DNA of 64,000 nt from Heterodontus francisci (taxonomy: Eukaryota). Location of the stretch: contig NC_090403.1 of the NCBI RefSeq assembly GCF_036365525.1, positions 56,545,095 through 56,609,094 on the forward strand. Direction: 5' to 3'. Below are positions 1 through 13,564 of the stretch, piece by piece (within the stretch, counting starts at the first letter, position 1; each line of letters starts with the position of its first letter). The notes under the pieces are model-generated. The model saw only the letters and a list, made by a program, of their open reading frames with translations. It had not been told where the DNA came from and searched no databases. The translations under genes were made by a program, and so were the position numbers.

Positions 1-981
1 ACCCTACAGTAACATAAAAAAAAAACTAGCTGCCAAGATGGCCACTGTCATTTACATCTGAAATACCAGGAGATTGAACTGGAGACAAAAAGTCTAACAA
101 GAAGCCCAGCCAGAAGAATGCTTTGGTTAACTGAGTAGATTAGCCAGATCACCCTCATTAGTGGGACATTCCAAACCATCTCGAGGCATTCATAAATGGA
201 GACGTCCCTCCAGAGGGAACACTGCCAACCCCATCTAAGAAAAGTTTTGAGGTTTAGACTTTGGACCTCATTAAAAACAAAGGGTAGTGAGAGAACCGTG
301 TGACTGCCTGTTTGATCTCTGAAAAAACTGGAAGTTTTGTTACAGACAAGCAGACAAGCAGTAACTGAGTGGACAGCTGCTGCTCTCCTGTCTCTCTCTC
401 TCTCTCTCTCCTTTCTCTCTCCCCAGAAAATATCAAAGGAAAAAACCATCTGCAACTGGGGGATCCTCCAAACCTACAGACTGTTACAGCCAGCACCAAG
501 GGGAGGAGAAACAACTACAAATTCTGCCTTCAGGAAAACCCTGAGCTCAGCAAGCCAAAATACACAATGACCAAACAAGAAATTCAAGAATACAGCTTCA
601 GCTAAGGACTACTGGATCATCCACTTTTCAGACAGTATTTAAATTCAATTTAATCTGGACTTTAATCCAACCACCAAATCTGTTTCCCTCTGTAAACTAT
701 TTGTGTGTGTGTGTGATTCTCGTGTGAATGTGTGTGTGCATGTGTAGCGTATTTTTAAATCGGGTTAGAATGTTAAGTAAAATAAACTTATCTCTTTCTT
801 GTTTAAACTCAAGAAAATCTGTCCGATTGGTTCTTTCACGATCACAGTAAAAGAAAATGGTAAAACACTCACAGAGGTGGTAAGCACAGCCACTGATTAA
901 AAGGAATAAACCCTGTTGTGATCAAATAAGAGGAAGGGGCAAGAGGGGAGCCTGAGACCCCCTCCTCACCTGGTCATAACA
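1..981 (+). mobile_element. 3' part of an LTR-like element (solo LTR; 5' end outside the window)
   Basis: Ends in GTCATAACA at 981 (LTR-type ..CA terminus). AATAAA at ~781 and ~905, internal (CT)n and (TG)n tracts, no coding similarity. It abuts a CR1 remnant. Confidence 0.5.
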
Positions 982-2432
982 AGAGTAACAGGAATTAGTA
1001 GCCAAATTAAAGAACAGCACCTCAAGGGTTATAATCCAAGCCATGTGCAAATTGGTGTAGGAATAAACAGATTAGGGAGGTAAACACATGATTGAAGGAG
1101 TGGTATGTCCCTTTTCATGGGACACAGGCACCAGTACTGGGACAGGAAGGAACTGTATCATTGGGACAGGCTCCACTGGAACCGGATTGGGATCAGGATC
1201 CTAGCGGAAAGGATAAACAGGGCAGTCACAAAGATTTTAAACGGGTGGAGCGCAGATCTGGAAAATGTAGTATAAATAATATTTGGAAAACAAAAGAAAG
1301 GGAAGAGTATAGTAACAGTCAGAAATGGAAATACAGGTAAAGGGAAAACAAAAGATATAAATAATTAAACCAGGAGGCAGAATTAAGAAAGGTGTGAGTA
1401 AAACATTTGAGTAGAAGGACAGGTTAGGAAGTGAATCTTTGGAATTCTGTATCCAAGAGAGCAATGGAGGTTGAGTCACTGAATATATTCGAGGTTGAGA
1501 CAGACAGATTTTTGATCTACAAGGAAGTCAAGGGTTATGGGGGGCAGACAGGAAAATGGAGTTGAGGCCAAGATCAGATCAGCCATGATCTTATTGAATG
1601 GTAGAGCAGGTTCGAGGGAGCTATCAAACATTCTTTATACAAAACACAGACTATAAGCAACAAACTCAACTTGGAGGGTGTGACATGGTAGCAGCCACTA
1701 CCGAGACATGGCTGCAAGACAGTCAGCACTGGGAATTAAAGATAAGGAAAAAAAAGGGAAAATGGTAGAGGGGGAGGAATAGCCTTAGTGATTAAGGATG
1801 GAATCAATTCAATGGTAAGAGAGGGTATAACGAGAGGCAAGCAGACAGTGGATAGAATTAAGAAATAGAAAAGAGTTTAAGACTGTCGTGGGAGTTGTGA
1901 GCAGGCCCTCTGGTAGCAGCTGTGAAGTGGCAGAGTGTATAAATACAGAGATCTGGCAAGCACATAGTAAAGGCAGAGTGGTTTTAAAGGGGGATTTTAA
2001 CTTTCATATAGATTAGTAGAAGCAGGCTAGCAAATGTTAGAAAGGTCGTGAATTTTGTGATTGTGCCCTGGATAGTTTTCTGCACCAAAGGGATCAGGCC
2101 ATATTAGATATAGTAATGAGCCAGATTTAGTTAACAGCTTAACAGTGCGAGAACAATTACCTAATAGCAATCATAATATGATTGAGTTCAACGTAGCGTT
2201 TGAAAGGAAGGAATGTGAAACAGTTACTAGAATTTTAGACTTAGGTAAGGCTGATTTCAATGCGATCAGACAGAGAATGTCCACAGTAAATTGGGCATAT
2301 CTGTTAATGGGTAAAACAACAGAAGATCAGGGGGAGGTGTTCAAAACAGAATTTAATATGATACAGAATCAGTTTATACCCCTATGTAGCAAGAGATTTA
2401 CTTACAAAAAAAGAACAGCCATGTACAAATAA
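982..2432 (+). mobile_element. Decayed CR1 LINE remnant (ORF1 esterase and APE endonuclease pieces, with a CR1 3' tail at ~1400-1620)
   Basis: Degenerate esterase-like sequence at 1130-1200. ORF 2145-2432 (SNHNMIEFNV..LGKADFNAIRQ) resembles the end of the CR1 APE domain. Confidence 0.7.
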
Positions 2433-2959
2433 AGAGGGGCTACGTGGCCTATTCCTATGCCAGTGTTTCTGCTCCACACGAGGCTCCTCTCACCCTTCTT
2501 CACCTGGCTCCTCCTGGAAAAGAACAGCATTATGTAGGTCCAGGACTGATGGGGTCCATGGGGTGGTCGCTCTTTCTGCCTGCTTTCCTTCCATGGTCTT
2601 GTCCGTGCCTGGGTGGCCCTGGAGAGGAAGCACGGCGTGTCCAGCACTAGTGCACTTGATGCTTTCTGCGACTGGTCAGCACTGCAGGGTAGAGTGCCTT
2701 GTAGAAAGCAATATTAAAATACTCACTTAGTCGGGAATGTATTCTTTTAGTTTTGGTAGCACTTGATTCTTGCTTTGACACCTGCTTACTTTGATTGACC
2801 ATATCTCATGTTAATGGTGCTCAAACAGGGGCCCTTGTTGTGATGATTATTTTTCGGTAACCTTGGGGCAACCTAGTTATTAGTCCATTTCTATTCATTA
2901 ACAGTATCGCCAATATCTTTGTATTCCTTTCTCCCTCGTGTTTATTGTGCCTCTCCAGT

Positions 2960-4090
2960 CTGAATCCTGGGATGAGAGGACTGTCCTTTAAGGGGAGATT
3001 GAGTAGACTGGGCCTACACTCTCTGGAGTTTAGAAGAGTGAGAGGTGATCTCATTGACACATATAAAATTCTTAGAGGGCTTAATAGGGTAGATGCTGAG
3101 AGACTGTTTCCCCTGGATGGAGTGTCCAGAACTAGGGCCACAGTCTCATGATAAGGGGTCAGCCATTTAGGGCTGAGATGATAAAAAATTCTTTGCTCAG
3201 AGGGTTGTAAATATTTGGAATTCTCTACCCGAGAGAGCTGTGGATGTTCAATGGATGAGTATATTCAAAACAGAGTTGGATAGACCTTTGGGCAGTAAGG
3301 GAATTGAGGGATATGGGGAAACGGGGAAGTGAAGTTGAGGTAGAAGTTCAGCCATGAGGTTATTAAATGGTAGAGCAGGCTCATCTGGGATATTGCTATT
3401 CCTTATGTTCCCCTTAAATGCAAATAAAACACTGAGTGAAGGAAAGTTATTACAGGGCTGTGGTGAAGAGCAGAGGAGTGGAACTAATTGGATAGCTCTA
3501 CCAAAAAGGCCAGCATAGGTACGATGGGCAAAATGGTCCCCTTCCATGCTGTTATTCAATATAATATGCTATTTGCCTGAACTCCTTTCGGTAGGAAGTT
3601 CCACATTCTAATCACTCCCTGAGTAAAGAAGTTTCTTCTGAATTATTAGTGATTATCTTTAATATCAGTACTGAGAGGTTTTACCCATCAGGAAAGATTG
3701 AACAGGCTGGTGCACTTTGCTCGAGAATAGAGAAGACTGGGGGCTGACCTGATCAAGGTCTTCAAGACCATGAAAGGGCATGATAGGTTTAGACATAGAG
3801 ATGTTTCCATTTGCAGGCAAAACTAGAAATAGGGATCATAAATGTAAGAACGTCACTAATAAATCCAATGAAGACCTCTTTATGCAGTGTGTGGTTAGAA
3901 TGTGGAAATCGCTGCCACAGGGAGTGGTTGAGGTGAATAGCATGGATGGATTTAAGGGGAAGCTGGATAAACATGAGGGAGAAATGAATAGGAGGATGCT
4001 GATAGGGTGAGAGGAAGAGTGTGGTGCATAAACACCCGCATTGGCCAGTTGGGTCAAGCCACTTACTTTTGTGCTGTAAATACTTTATAA
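2960..4090 (+). mobile_element. Cluster of CR1 3'-end fragments
   Basis: ORF 2945-3151 (GLSFKGRLSRLGLHSLEFRRVRGDLIDTYKIL) and ORF 3780-4010 (VVRMWKSLPQGVVE) are typical CR1 ORF2 C-termini. Confidence 0.8.
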
Positions 4091-4659
4091 TTTATGACCC
4101 CTTGTTTTAGTCTCTCCCATAAGTGGAAGCCTCTTCCCCACCTATAGAACTCCTTCATAATTTTAAAGACCTCTATCAGCACCTCTCAGCATTGTTTTGC
4201 ATCTCTGCAAGTGGAAATAACCTGTGATTAGAATTGCTAAACAATGATATTGCTAAAAATGAAATAAATATCTATGTGTATGTGTAGAGAATTGCAGAGT
4301 CTCCTGAATTCCCTATGGATTGATCAGCAACTATCTTATATTTATAAGAAGCTCCCAGTTCTGGTCTTCCCCACAACTGGAAATAACCCATTCTCATATT
4401 AAGCAAACTTCTCAATGAGAAAGAAGGGGGTAAAATAAATCATAACGTTAAAGAGATAAATAACAAGAAAGAATAAAATTAACTCTGCACATTTACTGTC
4501 TTCAGCAACAGATTCTCCATAAAGAACTGATTTTTTTTTAAACAAAAGAAACCATCAATTTACAAACACTCATTTAATGAACAACAATGACTGATATTAC
4601 AACAAAACCACATCAGTATTAGTTGGATTTTTCTTACTTTATATAGAAAGAAAATTATT

Positions 4660-5190
4660 TTGACGGTCGAATCTGTGGTTTGTAATCACATTGCTAGTTG
4701 GCCTTGGACCGCAATGCTTCGATACGCAGTCGCAGATTCGTCGGAATTATTTGTAAATTAAAAGAATTCCGTACGGCGCAGTGGGAGCGGGAAGTGGCGG
4801 TGAATCGGCGTATCTAATGTTGCGGGTGTGTACCCGGGCCGTGTGATTTTTCTTAAGCCCCGCTCTGGCCGTGTTCTATTGGTCTTGTGTGGAATGTTGC
4901 GGCCTCTCCCTCTCCCCTCCCCCTCCCCCTCCCCGGAGCCGGACAATAGGTGCCGCTCCCGCCGCCAGTGCAGCGCCGGCTTCACCTCAGCAACCGCGTT
5001 CATTCTTCACCCTCAGCTCCCACCCCCCGCCCGCTGCTCTTTGTGAGTTATTAATGTTTCAGCCGATGTGTTTTTGTTTTTGTCGGCCCCGGAGCCTGAG
5101 GCCTGGGCCTCGGGAGGCGCTATCATTGTAATGTTCGGCCGCTCAGTCTCACTGTTCCGCTGCCAGTGTGAGTGGAGGCTCCGGAGAAAC
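4660..5190 (+). promoter_or_regulatory. SMARCE1: CpG-island promoter of SMARCE1
   Basis: The clearest non-repeat CpG-dense stretch, 2 kb upstream of the ATG exon. It contains GCGGGAAGTG (ETS/E2F-like) at 4787-4796 and GC-box-like C-rich runs. Confidence 0.8.
4770..4825 (+). other. SMARCE1: Putative non-coding exon 1 of SMARCE1 (start approximate)
   Basis: Candidate donor GCGG|GTGTGT at 4825/4826 inside the CpG island. The TSS cannot be determined from sequence. Confidence 0.4.
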
Positions 5191-5469
5191 TGCAGAAAAT
5201 ACAAGAATGATGCCAGAACTGAGAGGTTACAACCACCAGGAAAGACTGAACAGGCTGGGGCTCTTTTTCTCTGAAAGAAAGAGTGGGGGGAGTGACCTGA
5301 TAGAGGCCTTTAATATAATGAAGGGGTTTTAATAGGGTAAAAGTAAAGATGTTTCCATCAGTGGAGCAGACCACCAATAGAAGATAGTTACTAATAAAGC
5401 CAATCAGGAGTTCAGGAGAAACTTCTTTACCATAGAGTGGGGAGAATGTGGAACTGGTTACAGAAAGGA

Positions 5470-5906
5470 AGACTTGCATTTTAATAGCATCTTTCACGAC
5501 CTTGGACATCCTAAAGTGCTTTACAGTCAATTAAATACTTTTAAAAGTGTAGTTACTGTTATAGGAAAATGTGGCAGCCAATTTGTGTACAAGATCCCAC
5601 AAAGGGCATTGTAATAATGACCAGATAATCTGTTTTTGTGACGTTGGTTGAAGGATATATTTTGGCCAGAACTCGCCTGTTCTTTGAAATAATGCCATGG
5701 GGTCATTTACATCCACCCAAGCAGGCAGATGAGGCCTCAGTTTAGCGCCTCAGCTGAAAGACAGCACCTTTGACAGTGCCACGCTCCCTCCATATTGCAC
5801 TGGGAGTGTCAGCTTGGATGCTTGTGCTGAAGACTCTGGAGTGGGACTTGAACCCACAACCTTCTTACTCAGCGGTGAGAGTGTTACCCACTGAACCATG
5901 GCTGAG
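5470..5906 (-). mobile_element. tRNA-derived SINE with Deu-domain-like core and L2-like tail (SacSINE1/DeuSINE-like)
   Basis: The minus strand starts with Pol III A box TGGTTCAGTGG and B box GGTTCAAGTCC. The core resembles the copy at 8975-9290. Confidence 0.7.
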
Positions 5907-6234
5907 ATGCAGTGTCCTCTGGCACACTTGGGGCTTTCTGCGAGCAGGTGGTCACTGTGGCATCGAGTGCAGTAGAGCCACAGCAATTCCCCAAATTCTT
6001 TCACTGCAAAGCAGAAGATTTTGAATGAAATTGCAGGGGATTATGAATATTTTCTGTTAAACTATTTCCACAGTGCCTGAGGTGGTACTTCCCTTTATTC
6101 CAGTTCACGCTGGCATTCCAATTGCTCAGTTAAAGCTGAGGTTCTCTTCCGCCCCGATCATGCTAGCACTGACCCCGAGCTTCCTGTCGCTTGCCATTTT
6201 AAAACACCCCACTGCCCTCACGCCCACATCTCTG

Positions 6235-6780
6235 TCCTGCAGTGTTCCAGTGAACATCAACACAAGCTCGAGGAACCACATCTCATTTACCGATTAGGCA
6301 TGCTACAGCCTGCCGGACTGAACATTGAGTTCAGTGATTTCAGAGCATAACTGGCCCCCCATTTTTTATTTTTAGTTTTATTTTTTCCTTTTATTTTAGT
6401 TTGTTTCATAATTTTTTTTAACCATGTGCCTGCCCACTCTCTTTTTTCATGTTTGTGCTTTTGGCCAGGGCTGTTCATTATTTGGTCATTTAACACCCTC
6501 TCTGCACTAATGCTTTGTCTTTCACCACACCATTAACACACCCTTTGCCTTTGCTGCATGACCTTCTAGTCAGTTATTCTCTGTGACTCTGCCCTATCAA
6601 CACCTTCCCTTTTGTTATCTTTTGCCTCACCCCTGCTTTATTTGCTTAAAACCTATTACATTTCTAACCTTTGTTAGTTCTAGTGAAGGGTCACTGACCT
6701 GAAACCTTAACTCTGCTTCTCTCTCCACAGATGCTGCCAGACCTGCTGAGTATTTCCAGCATTTTTGTTTTTATTTCATG
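6235..6780 (+). mobile_element. Penelope-like element 3' end / pseudo-LTR with degenerate hammerhead
   Basis: Encodes ..HKLEEPHLIYRLGMLQPAGLNIEFSDFRA* (PLE GIY-YIG C-terminus). Contains AGTT-CTAGTGA-AGGGTCACTGACCT-GAAACCTT-AACT at ~6676-6712. Confidence 0.8.
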
Positions 6781-7195
6781 CTAGCACTCTGCCTGCCCTC
6801 CTCTATTGTCACCTCTCAGCTTCTACTCTTGCTTCAGTGGCTCACACAGTTAGCCTAGATTTTGTGCTCAGGTGTCTAGAGTGGAACATGACTCATGACC
6901 TTTTGACTCCGAGGTGAGAGTGTTACCCAGTGAGCCAGGACAAGTATAGTTACCTATAAAATTGTCCTTTGAGTAGCTGATCCACACGGAGCAGGGGGGC
7001 ACCAGTTTTAATTCCCAATCTGTACTGGCTGTGAAAGGCACGGCATAAGTGCAAGTCTCTCTTCATACTTAAATGCACCTAAGATGTAAATGAACGGTAG
7101 AGTGAACATGTGCTGTTTCTGAGAGTTTTTTTTTGCTTTACTGATGTTTCTTTTCTTTTATTTCAGATTGTATGTAAGAGGCTGTTGGCATCATC

Positions 7196-7202
7196 ATGTC
7201 AA
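7196..7202 (+). CDS. SMARCE1: SMARCE1 exon 2 coding part (exon 7167-7202): ATG TCA A
   Basis: tttcag| acceptor and |gtaagt donor. 7 coding nt, joining in frame to exon 3 to give MSKRPSY. Confidence 0.9.
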
Positions 7203-7929
7203 GTAAGTAAGAGAAAGTTTATGATTTTGAATTTGTTATTGAATGAAAATGCAAATGTTGGCTGTCATTTTCATAAAGTAAAGGAGTTGTAACAGTGTCT
7301 TGAAGCTTCATTTACTTTGGTCTGGTAAAAGCTTCAAGAATACAGCTGGCTCAGAACTGTTCTTCCCTCTACCACCATTTCCCCCTCCTCCTTCAATCCC
7401 TTTATCCAGCTTGTACTGGTGTTGATCTTCTGCCCAGTACTCAGGGTGGCAGCTGGAAATTCCTAATTAATTTTATAAAGCTACATTGTTTCAAGCTGAA
7501 GGAAAACATTTTTTTCACTCCTCATTTGTTCAATGTGGACCCAGCTCTCATTTGTACATTTTATAATTAAAGCACTCCATTCCAACACTGGCCTGCTAGA
7601 TAGTGACTGTTAAAATATATTTAGTGATGGGCAGAGGCAGTGGAAGTATGGTTGGGCTGATTGACCACCAAATGCACAGCAGTATATGCATGCTATACTG
7701 TGCACCCACATACACCTTGTTCTTTTACCTTTATGCAAACTATTTGCAGAGTGCATGGTGCAGTTATTGTATACCCGCTGGAACTGCCAGTGAAAGACCA
7801 GTCACTTGTTACTGGGTATTCTGTCTAGTTGTTCTGAAACATTTATTTGGAGTTCTATCATTTGTTTCCCAAGTCCACTTTCCTGGGAAACTTCACTCTA
7901 TACGTCTTGCATTTTAAAATCTAATGGAA

Positions 7930-8300
7930 CATGCTTTATTCATAATAGATCTTGCTATCTCTATAATCTCCTGCTGCCTTACAACCCTCAAGATCTCTGC
8001 ACTCCTCTAATTCTGGCCGCTTGAGCATCCCTGATTTTAATCGCTCCAGCATTGGTGTCTGGGCCTTCAGTTGCATAGGCCTAAATTCTGGATTGCCCTC
8101 CCTACACCTCTCCGCCTCTCTACCTCACATTCCTCCTTTAAGACACTCATTAAAACCTACTACTTTGACCAAGCTTTTGGTTATCTGACCTATATCTCCT
8201 TTTGTGGCTCGGTGTCACTTTGTTTTGTAATGCTCCTGTGAAGTACCTTGAGATGTTTTATGATGTTAAAGGTGCTGTATGAATATAAGGTGCTGTTGTT
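7930..8300 (+). mobile_element. L2-type LINE 3' tail fragment
   Basis: cctccttta agacactcattaaaacctac..tttgaccaagcttttgg..ctcctgtgaag motif, also seen at 59110-59405. Confidence 0.6.
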
Positions 8301-8974
8301 GTGATTTTAACAATGTGGTCTGTATCATTGTGAAGGAATGTGGCAGGGGTGTGGTGGTTGCTGAATGTTAATCAGGAACAGGAATTCTGACTAGCTTTTT
8401 TCCCCCCTTCTCTAGCCCATAAGTACTGACATCAAATATGCCATCTGTGCTGCCCTGCTTGAAATCTGTTAACTCATGACCCACTGTGCCTCAAACCTTG
8501 GATCTTCCTGGTGTGAATGACTCTGTGCCATACTGTGCATTTTATTAGCTCTAATTAAAAAAAATCACGTCATCTTTGAATGCAAAATGTTTGCCATTCT
8601 CCCTAAATGACCAAGTAATTGTGACTGTCATTGTAAAATGATTTTTAAAAAACTATTTTTATGTTAGCCCCTTCTTTCTCTTGAATGTTTCTCGGAGAAA
8701 TCTTTCATCAATTTGGGTAGTATATTGTTGTTGCCATTTTGTTTGTCCTGGTGGTTGAAGGTGAACATTGGAAATAACAATAATTGGAACATATCTGTAA
8801 TTACTTGAGAGTGTTCTGGAGCTCTTACTGTCTCCAGGGAAGACCTGTTACAGGAATATTGTTCTTGTAATAAGTCGAAATATTCCAAAATTAATAAAGC
8901 CTTTTAATTTAATTTTATATACTGACATGTAAGAACATGACATTTGTAAGACAAATGCAAAAAAAAATAAATTT

Positions 8975-9290
8975 TTGGATAAGATGTTAAACTGAGGCCT
9001 CTGTCTGCCCTTTCAGGTGGATGTAAAAGATCCTGTGACATTTCAAAGAAGAGCAGGGGCATTCTCCCTGATGTCCTGTACGATATTTGTCCCTCAACTA
9101 ACATCACTAAAACAGAATATCTAGTCATTATCCCATTGCTGTTTGTGGGAATCGCTGGGTGCCAATTGGCGGCTGCATTTCCAACATTACAACAGTGACT
9201 ACACTTCAAAAAGCACTTCATTGGCTGTAAAGCACATTGTAATGTCTTGAGGTCATAAAAGGCATTGTGGAAATGCAAGTCTTTCATGAT
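8975..9290 (+). mobile_element. DeuSINE-like core and tail
   Basis: Reverse-complement similarity to 5470-5760. Confidence 0.65.
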
Positions 9291-10399
9291 CTTTCCATAA
9301 GAAGAATGAGCATTACAAAGTCCCCATCTACCAAAAACGTCTCTTCCTGTCAATTGGTGTCCACAAATCTGCTCTTTCTCAGTTCATTTAGCCCATTTCT
9401 GCCAGTGTTGCTCTTTGGCTTCAGATCTGTGATATTGAAATTGAAGCTCTTTCTTTTGATTCAGTCCTGGCTCCCAGTGCTAACTTTGAATCTTTCTATT
9501 CTGCTGGGTTGTCTATTTCTAAATCTCCTCTCTATATATCCTGTTCTTCCATCTCTAGTTCCAAATCTGAAGTTATGAGTTGGGAGGAAAATGTACCATT
9601 TAAAATGTCACAAATCTGAAGTGGGAAGGAGCTCTATCTGGTAGCAATGCATTGGTGTGAAGTTACTGCTTAGTCCAGCATCTGGGAAAAAAAAAACAAG
9701 TTTAGGGCCATCAGCAATGCACAGCCTGCTGCTCCCAGGTCTTTGCTGATGGCTCTCTTTAACCATGTACTAGAAGATGTGTAAGGGCTGCACAGGTGGG
9801 AAAGTTGCTATTTTCTCTTGATGAGATGGCTCAGACTGGGAAATCTGCATGCAGTTCAAGTTGAAAAAGTAAAGCATATATAAGGTGTTTCTTCTGATAT
9901 GAGGTATCTCACTCCCATCACAGTTGAACAGCTGATAGTGATAATTTAGTGGTAGGAACTTCCTTCTGCACTTTCCAAGCTAAGGAGGGGAAAAAAAGTT
10001 GCAATTTTTTTTCCATTTCCCCCCCCAAATGCTGCTGCCTGCTTCCAGTTGGATAGTGTACATGAGTGAACCTCGGGTACAGACAGGATGTGATGCTGCT
10101 GCGTCAAGTAGCCTGGTTAGCCAGGCATAAAGAAGGGGCACTATACACCAATAAAAGTCAGCGTTGTCAGGAGAAAGAGTAAAATGAAATGTATAATATG
10201 AAAGTGGAGCTGTTGTAAGCTGCTGTGTCCATTTATTTTAGATTTAGTTTAGAAGCACTTTGCCAACTAACCCTAGTTTGCTCCTTCTAATTTCTCGAAG
10301 TAAATGCAAAAGCTTTTGCATTTCCTTTATCCCAGTAATAAGTTATGGTGAGTGATAATTTTAATTTTGTGTTCTAGTTTTCATATTTCACCCAGTTTG

Positions 10400-10700
10400 G
10401 GAAGCAGAGCAGTACAGTTAGTAACAATGCTGTCCTTTCATCCCAGGATTTTGAATTCAAGTCCAATCCAAACTGATTATATGAAAGTCTTTTCCTTGCA
10501 GACTAAGACTCCCTACATGATTGAGTTTAGGGAACTCTCAGCCCATTTTGTAGTGGGCATGAGTCCACAATATTAAACTACCCATAAAATTAGTACAGAT
10601 TGAGACAAAATGAAAAAGCTCATAGGAGGCTGCAAGGATAGCTTGAACAGGAAATACACATATTAATGCAGTAGACTTTTCATATGACAATCTAATTGGA
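10400..10700 (+). mobile_element. Old tRNA-derived SINE resembling LF-SINE
   Basis: Degenerate tRNA head (cctttca..ttcaagtcca) followed by tgagttt..tctcagccca..tagtggg..gtccaca. This resembles my recollection of the LF-SINE consensus; no alignment was run. Confidence 0.4.
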
Positions 10701-11745
10701 ATTATTAAATCCTTCACCTTAAAAATTGTTTTGAGAAGTGCCTTGAGATGATATCAAGTTATGGGATAGTATCATCCCATTCTTTCACAGTGTGTGTGGC
10801 ACTGTTCTCTATTGCTAGGCAATGGATGATGAACTGTAGCCTTACAAAATTTAAAAAAATCTGCATCATGGGTGCAGATAGTGTTTCATATGGTTTGTGC
10901 TTTTATGATTCTAGAGTTTATTGAGAGCCAAGTTAATTTAAGGTTTTAACTCCGGATTCTCTTGTCAGTGCCACTTTAGTTTGGAGATAGCTTCAGACTC
11001 CAGATAGAGTAAAGCATACTGTATAGGATTCTTGACTATTGCATGTTGTGTAGAATAAACCTGTTCTAAAAATGTTAAAATGGTTATATAGTGGCTGTCC
11101 AGTAATTCGATGGGTAAATAAGTTGTGTCAATGAGCCATTCAGACCAGGAAGGTCTTTGATTAAACATATCTCAGCCAGGCAGATGGCAGTGGCATTATA
11201 TTTGGGCTTGGTGACCCAGGGCTGGGGAAAGGAAGAATCGTTCAGGGTTCCTGCTTCTGATCGCAGTCCAGCCACTCCTGCTGAAAAGTGGATGGTGGGT
11301 GGCAATGGGAGCAAGTTCAACTGTTTCACCTGATGGAAATAGCCTGCAGACACTAATGCTGATAGTTCTGTGGCTGTTCTTCCAATCGTCAGCCATAACT
11401 TTGGGAGAGTGGCAAAAACTCTGGTGAAATGGCGGGAATGGCCGTTCCTCTGCTTCCACTGAAGTTATGGTGATCAGGCAGTCCCTGCAGAAATGCTACC
11501 TCCTATTGAGTGGAATTACCAAGGAAGAGTGGGCACTTGGATGAGATACTGGAGAGTGCTTGGTGCCCATGAAATTGTACCTCAGTAGGAAGAATTGCCT
11601 TCAGGAAGGGAAAGTGAGAGATTTAAGACATCTTACGAGACAGAATAGTTACAGATAGGATTTTCCTAGTGAACATGTGATTTCTGAGTCCTAATGTTGC
11701 ATTTGCATGTAAATTAAAATTTGATTTTTTAATATTCTATTACAG

Positions 11746-11789
11746 AAAGACCATCTTACGCACCCCCTCCTGCCCCTGCTCCCACCACT
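11746..11789 (+). CDS. SMARCE1: SMARCE1 exon 3: (K)RPSYAPPPAPAPTT
   Basis: tacag| and |gtaagt boundaries, 44 nt, matches the BAF57 N-terminus. Confidence 0.95.
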
Positions 11790-13564
11790 GTAAGTCTTTA
11801 TATTTCATGAATTATTTAAGAATAAAACTTGTTGGTTGAAAAATGTTTGCAAAAATAATCTGGATGTTTTAACTGGTTAACACACATGATTCTTGGATTG
11901 TGAAAATGCAATCTTGGCTTGTACTGGCAGGTTAAAGGTTCCGTCAGGCCTTGGCCAGAGCCTAATGCAAGTGTTGCCTGGTAGCTGATGGTTTACTTTT
12001 ACTGTCCGAGACACACTGAGATGGGATTTGGTGCGTGCCACAGGGTCATGTATATTACAGCATGGCCTCCAGCACTTCTTGGCCGTGGAATGTGAGTGGG
12101 TGTAGGAGTTCAGTTATAGCTTCTTGCCTATTAAGTAGGTAAAATATTAATTATGTAAAATAAAGAGAAATTAGTGCACTGACGTAAGGAATATCTGAAG
12201 TACATCAAAGCAGAAAGATACAATATAGCATTGGTCATGTTACTTTGGGATCTTGGTGAGACAAGATTAGTGCGAATTATTTTTGCTCCAGTCCTTGTGT
12301 TTGCTTTGCCAGAATATTTTTGCTGATATTGAATTCAGTTTGAGCTTCTAATTACAGTGAGAGAGACTTTTATATACAATCTTTCTTAGCTCGAGGGGGA
12401 AGGGGCTGGGGAGTATCGTAAGTGTAAGTTGATAAAATGGAGGGCTGTGGATTATGTACAGATGGTAGTGTAGTCTATGGTGATTGATCAGTAAAAGATT
12501 TCTGCTGTGGAGTATTGTAATAACAGTCTGTGCCAGAAGATTTGGTTTGATGAAAATAAAACAGAAATAAATTGAAGTATAATTTTTTTGTTAAACAATG
12601 CATGACTTGTTACATTAGCCATACCTGGAGAAGATAACTTTGGAACTCCAGCGCACACTATGTGGTTCATTCTTAATGTTCTCACAGGTGTCCGAAAAGC
12701 ACTCAGTTGTACAAATAATCATTATGGAACAGTAGAAGACCTACAAGGCAACCAATGACAGCTTTCCGAGTGAAGTCCATGTTCCAAGAATGAACGAGGG
12801 TGGTTAAATTTGGTTGCTGGTTAGTATAATCCTTGAGGTTGTAGTTACTAGATACCTCAGCATTGTAGTGAAGTTTTATGAAATGCAGCAGCTCCTCAGT
12901 TGCTTCTTTGAACTATAAGATATTTGACCACCAAGTTTCAAGTGCCACTGTATTTGGAAGGGGGGAGAAGTTTGAGTCTAGATATATTTCAAACTGGGCT
13001 TTTATATATTTGCCATTGGCAGTGAATGAAGTTTCATTCTTGTCCTCATTTCACTTGTGCAGTGATATAATTCTCAAAGTAGTTTTACTCATGGAGAGTT
13101 TCAGATCTAAACGTTTAATTTTAGGAGGAAGTTACAATTTTATATTTTTGGTTTGAAATCCTAGGACTTGTAGGGTACAAATTCATCTTGTACGGTGGCG
13201 CAGTGCGGGCGATATCAGATCGGCTGCTTGTTGTACACAGTGTCTGATATTCAGTTGCATTGTTAAAATTAAGTATGAGGCACTGTGTATAGTGGGTGGC
13301 CAATCAGTTATCGCCAGTTTTGTGTCACTACCCGAGATAAATCTCTACCCCTATGTGTGTTGATGTCTCAAATGATAGCAAAATTGAGGTGATACTGTTC
13401 TCCGTTTCTTGACCAAGAGTGTGGATGGGCAAACTTTCCCCAGAATAGTGCCACTGTGGCATTGGACTGAGTATATAGGAGGCATTGTTTTGTGACTTGG
13501 TACACTCTACTGCTGGCTTTAATATCAGGAGCTCACCATATGCACAACTGTTGAGAATAATCTT

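Noticed and set aside
2570-2960. Possible Tx1/L1-like LINE 3' end
   Set aside because: Only a weak by-eye resemblance, too degenerate to support.
4758-5274. Several ORFs over the CpG island
   Set aside because: GC-rich promoter sequence yields stop-poor frames. No recognisable protein.
5830-5906. tRNA gene
   Set aside because: A and B boxes are present, but it is the head of a SINE continuing into core and tail, with no clean cloverleaf.
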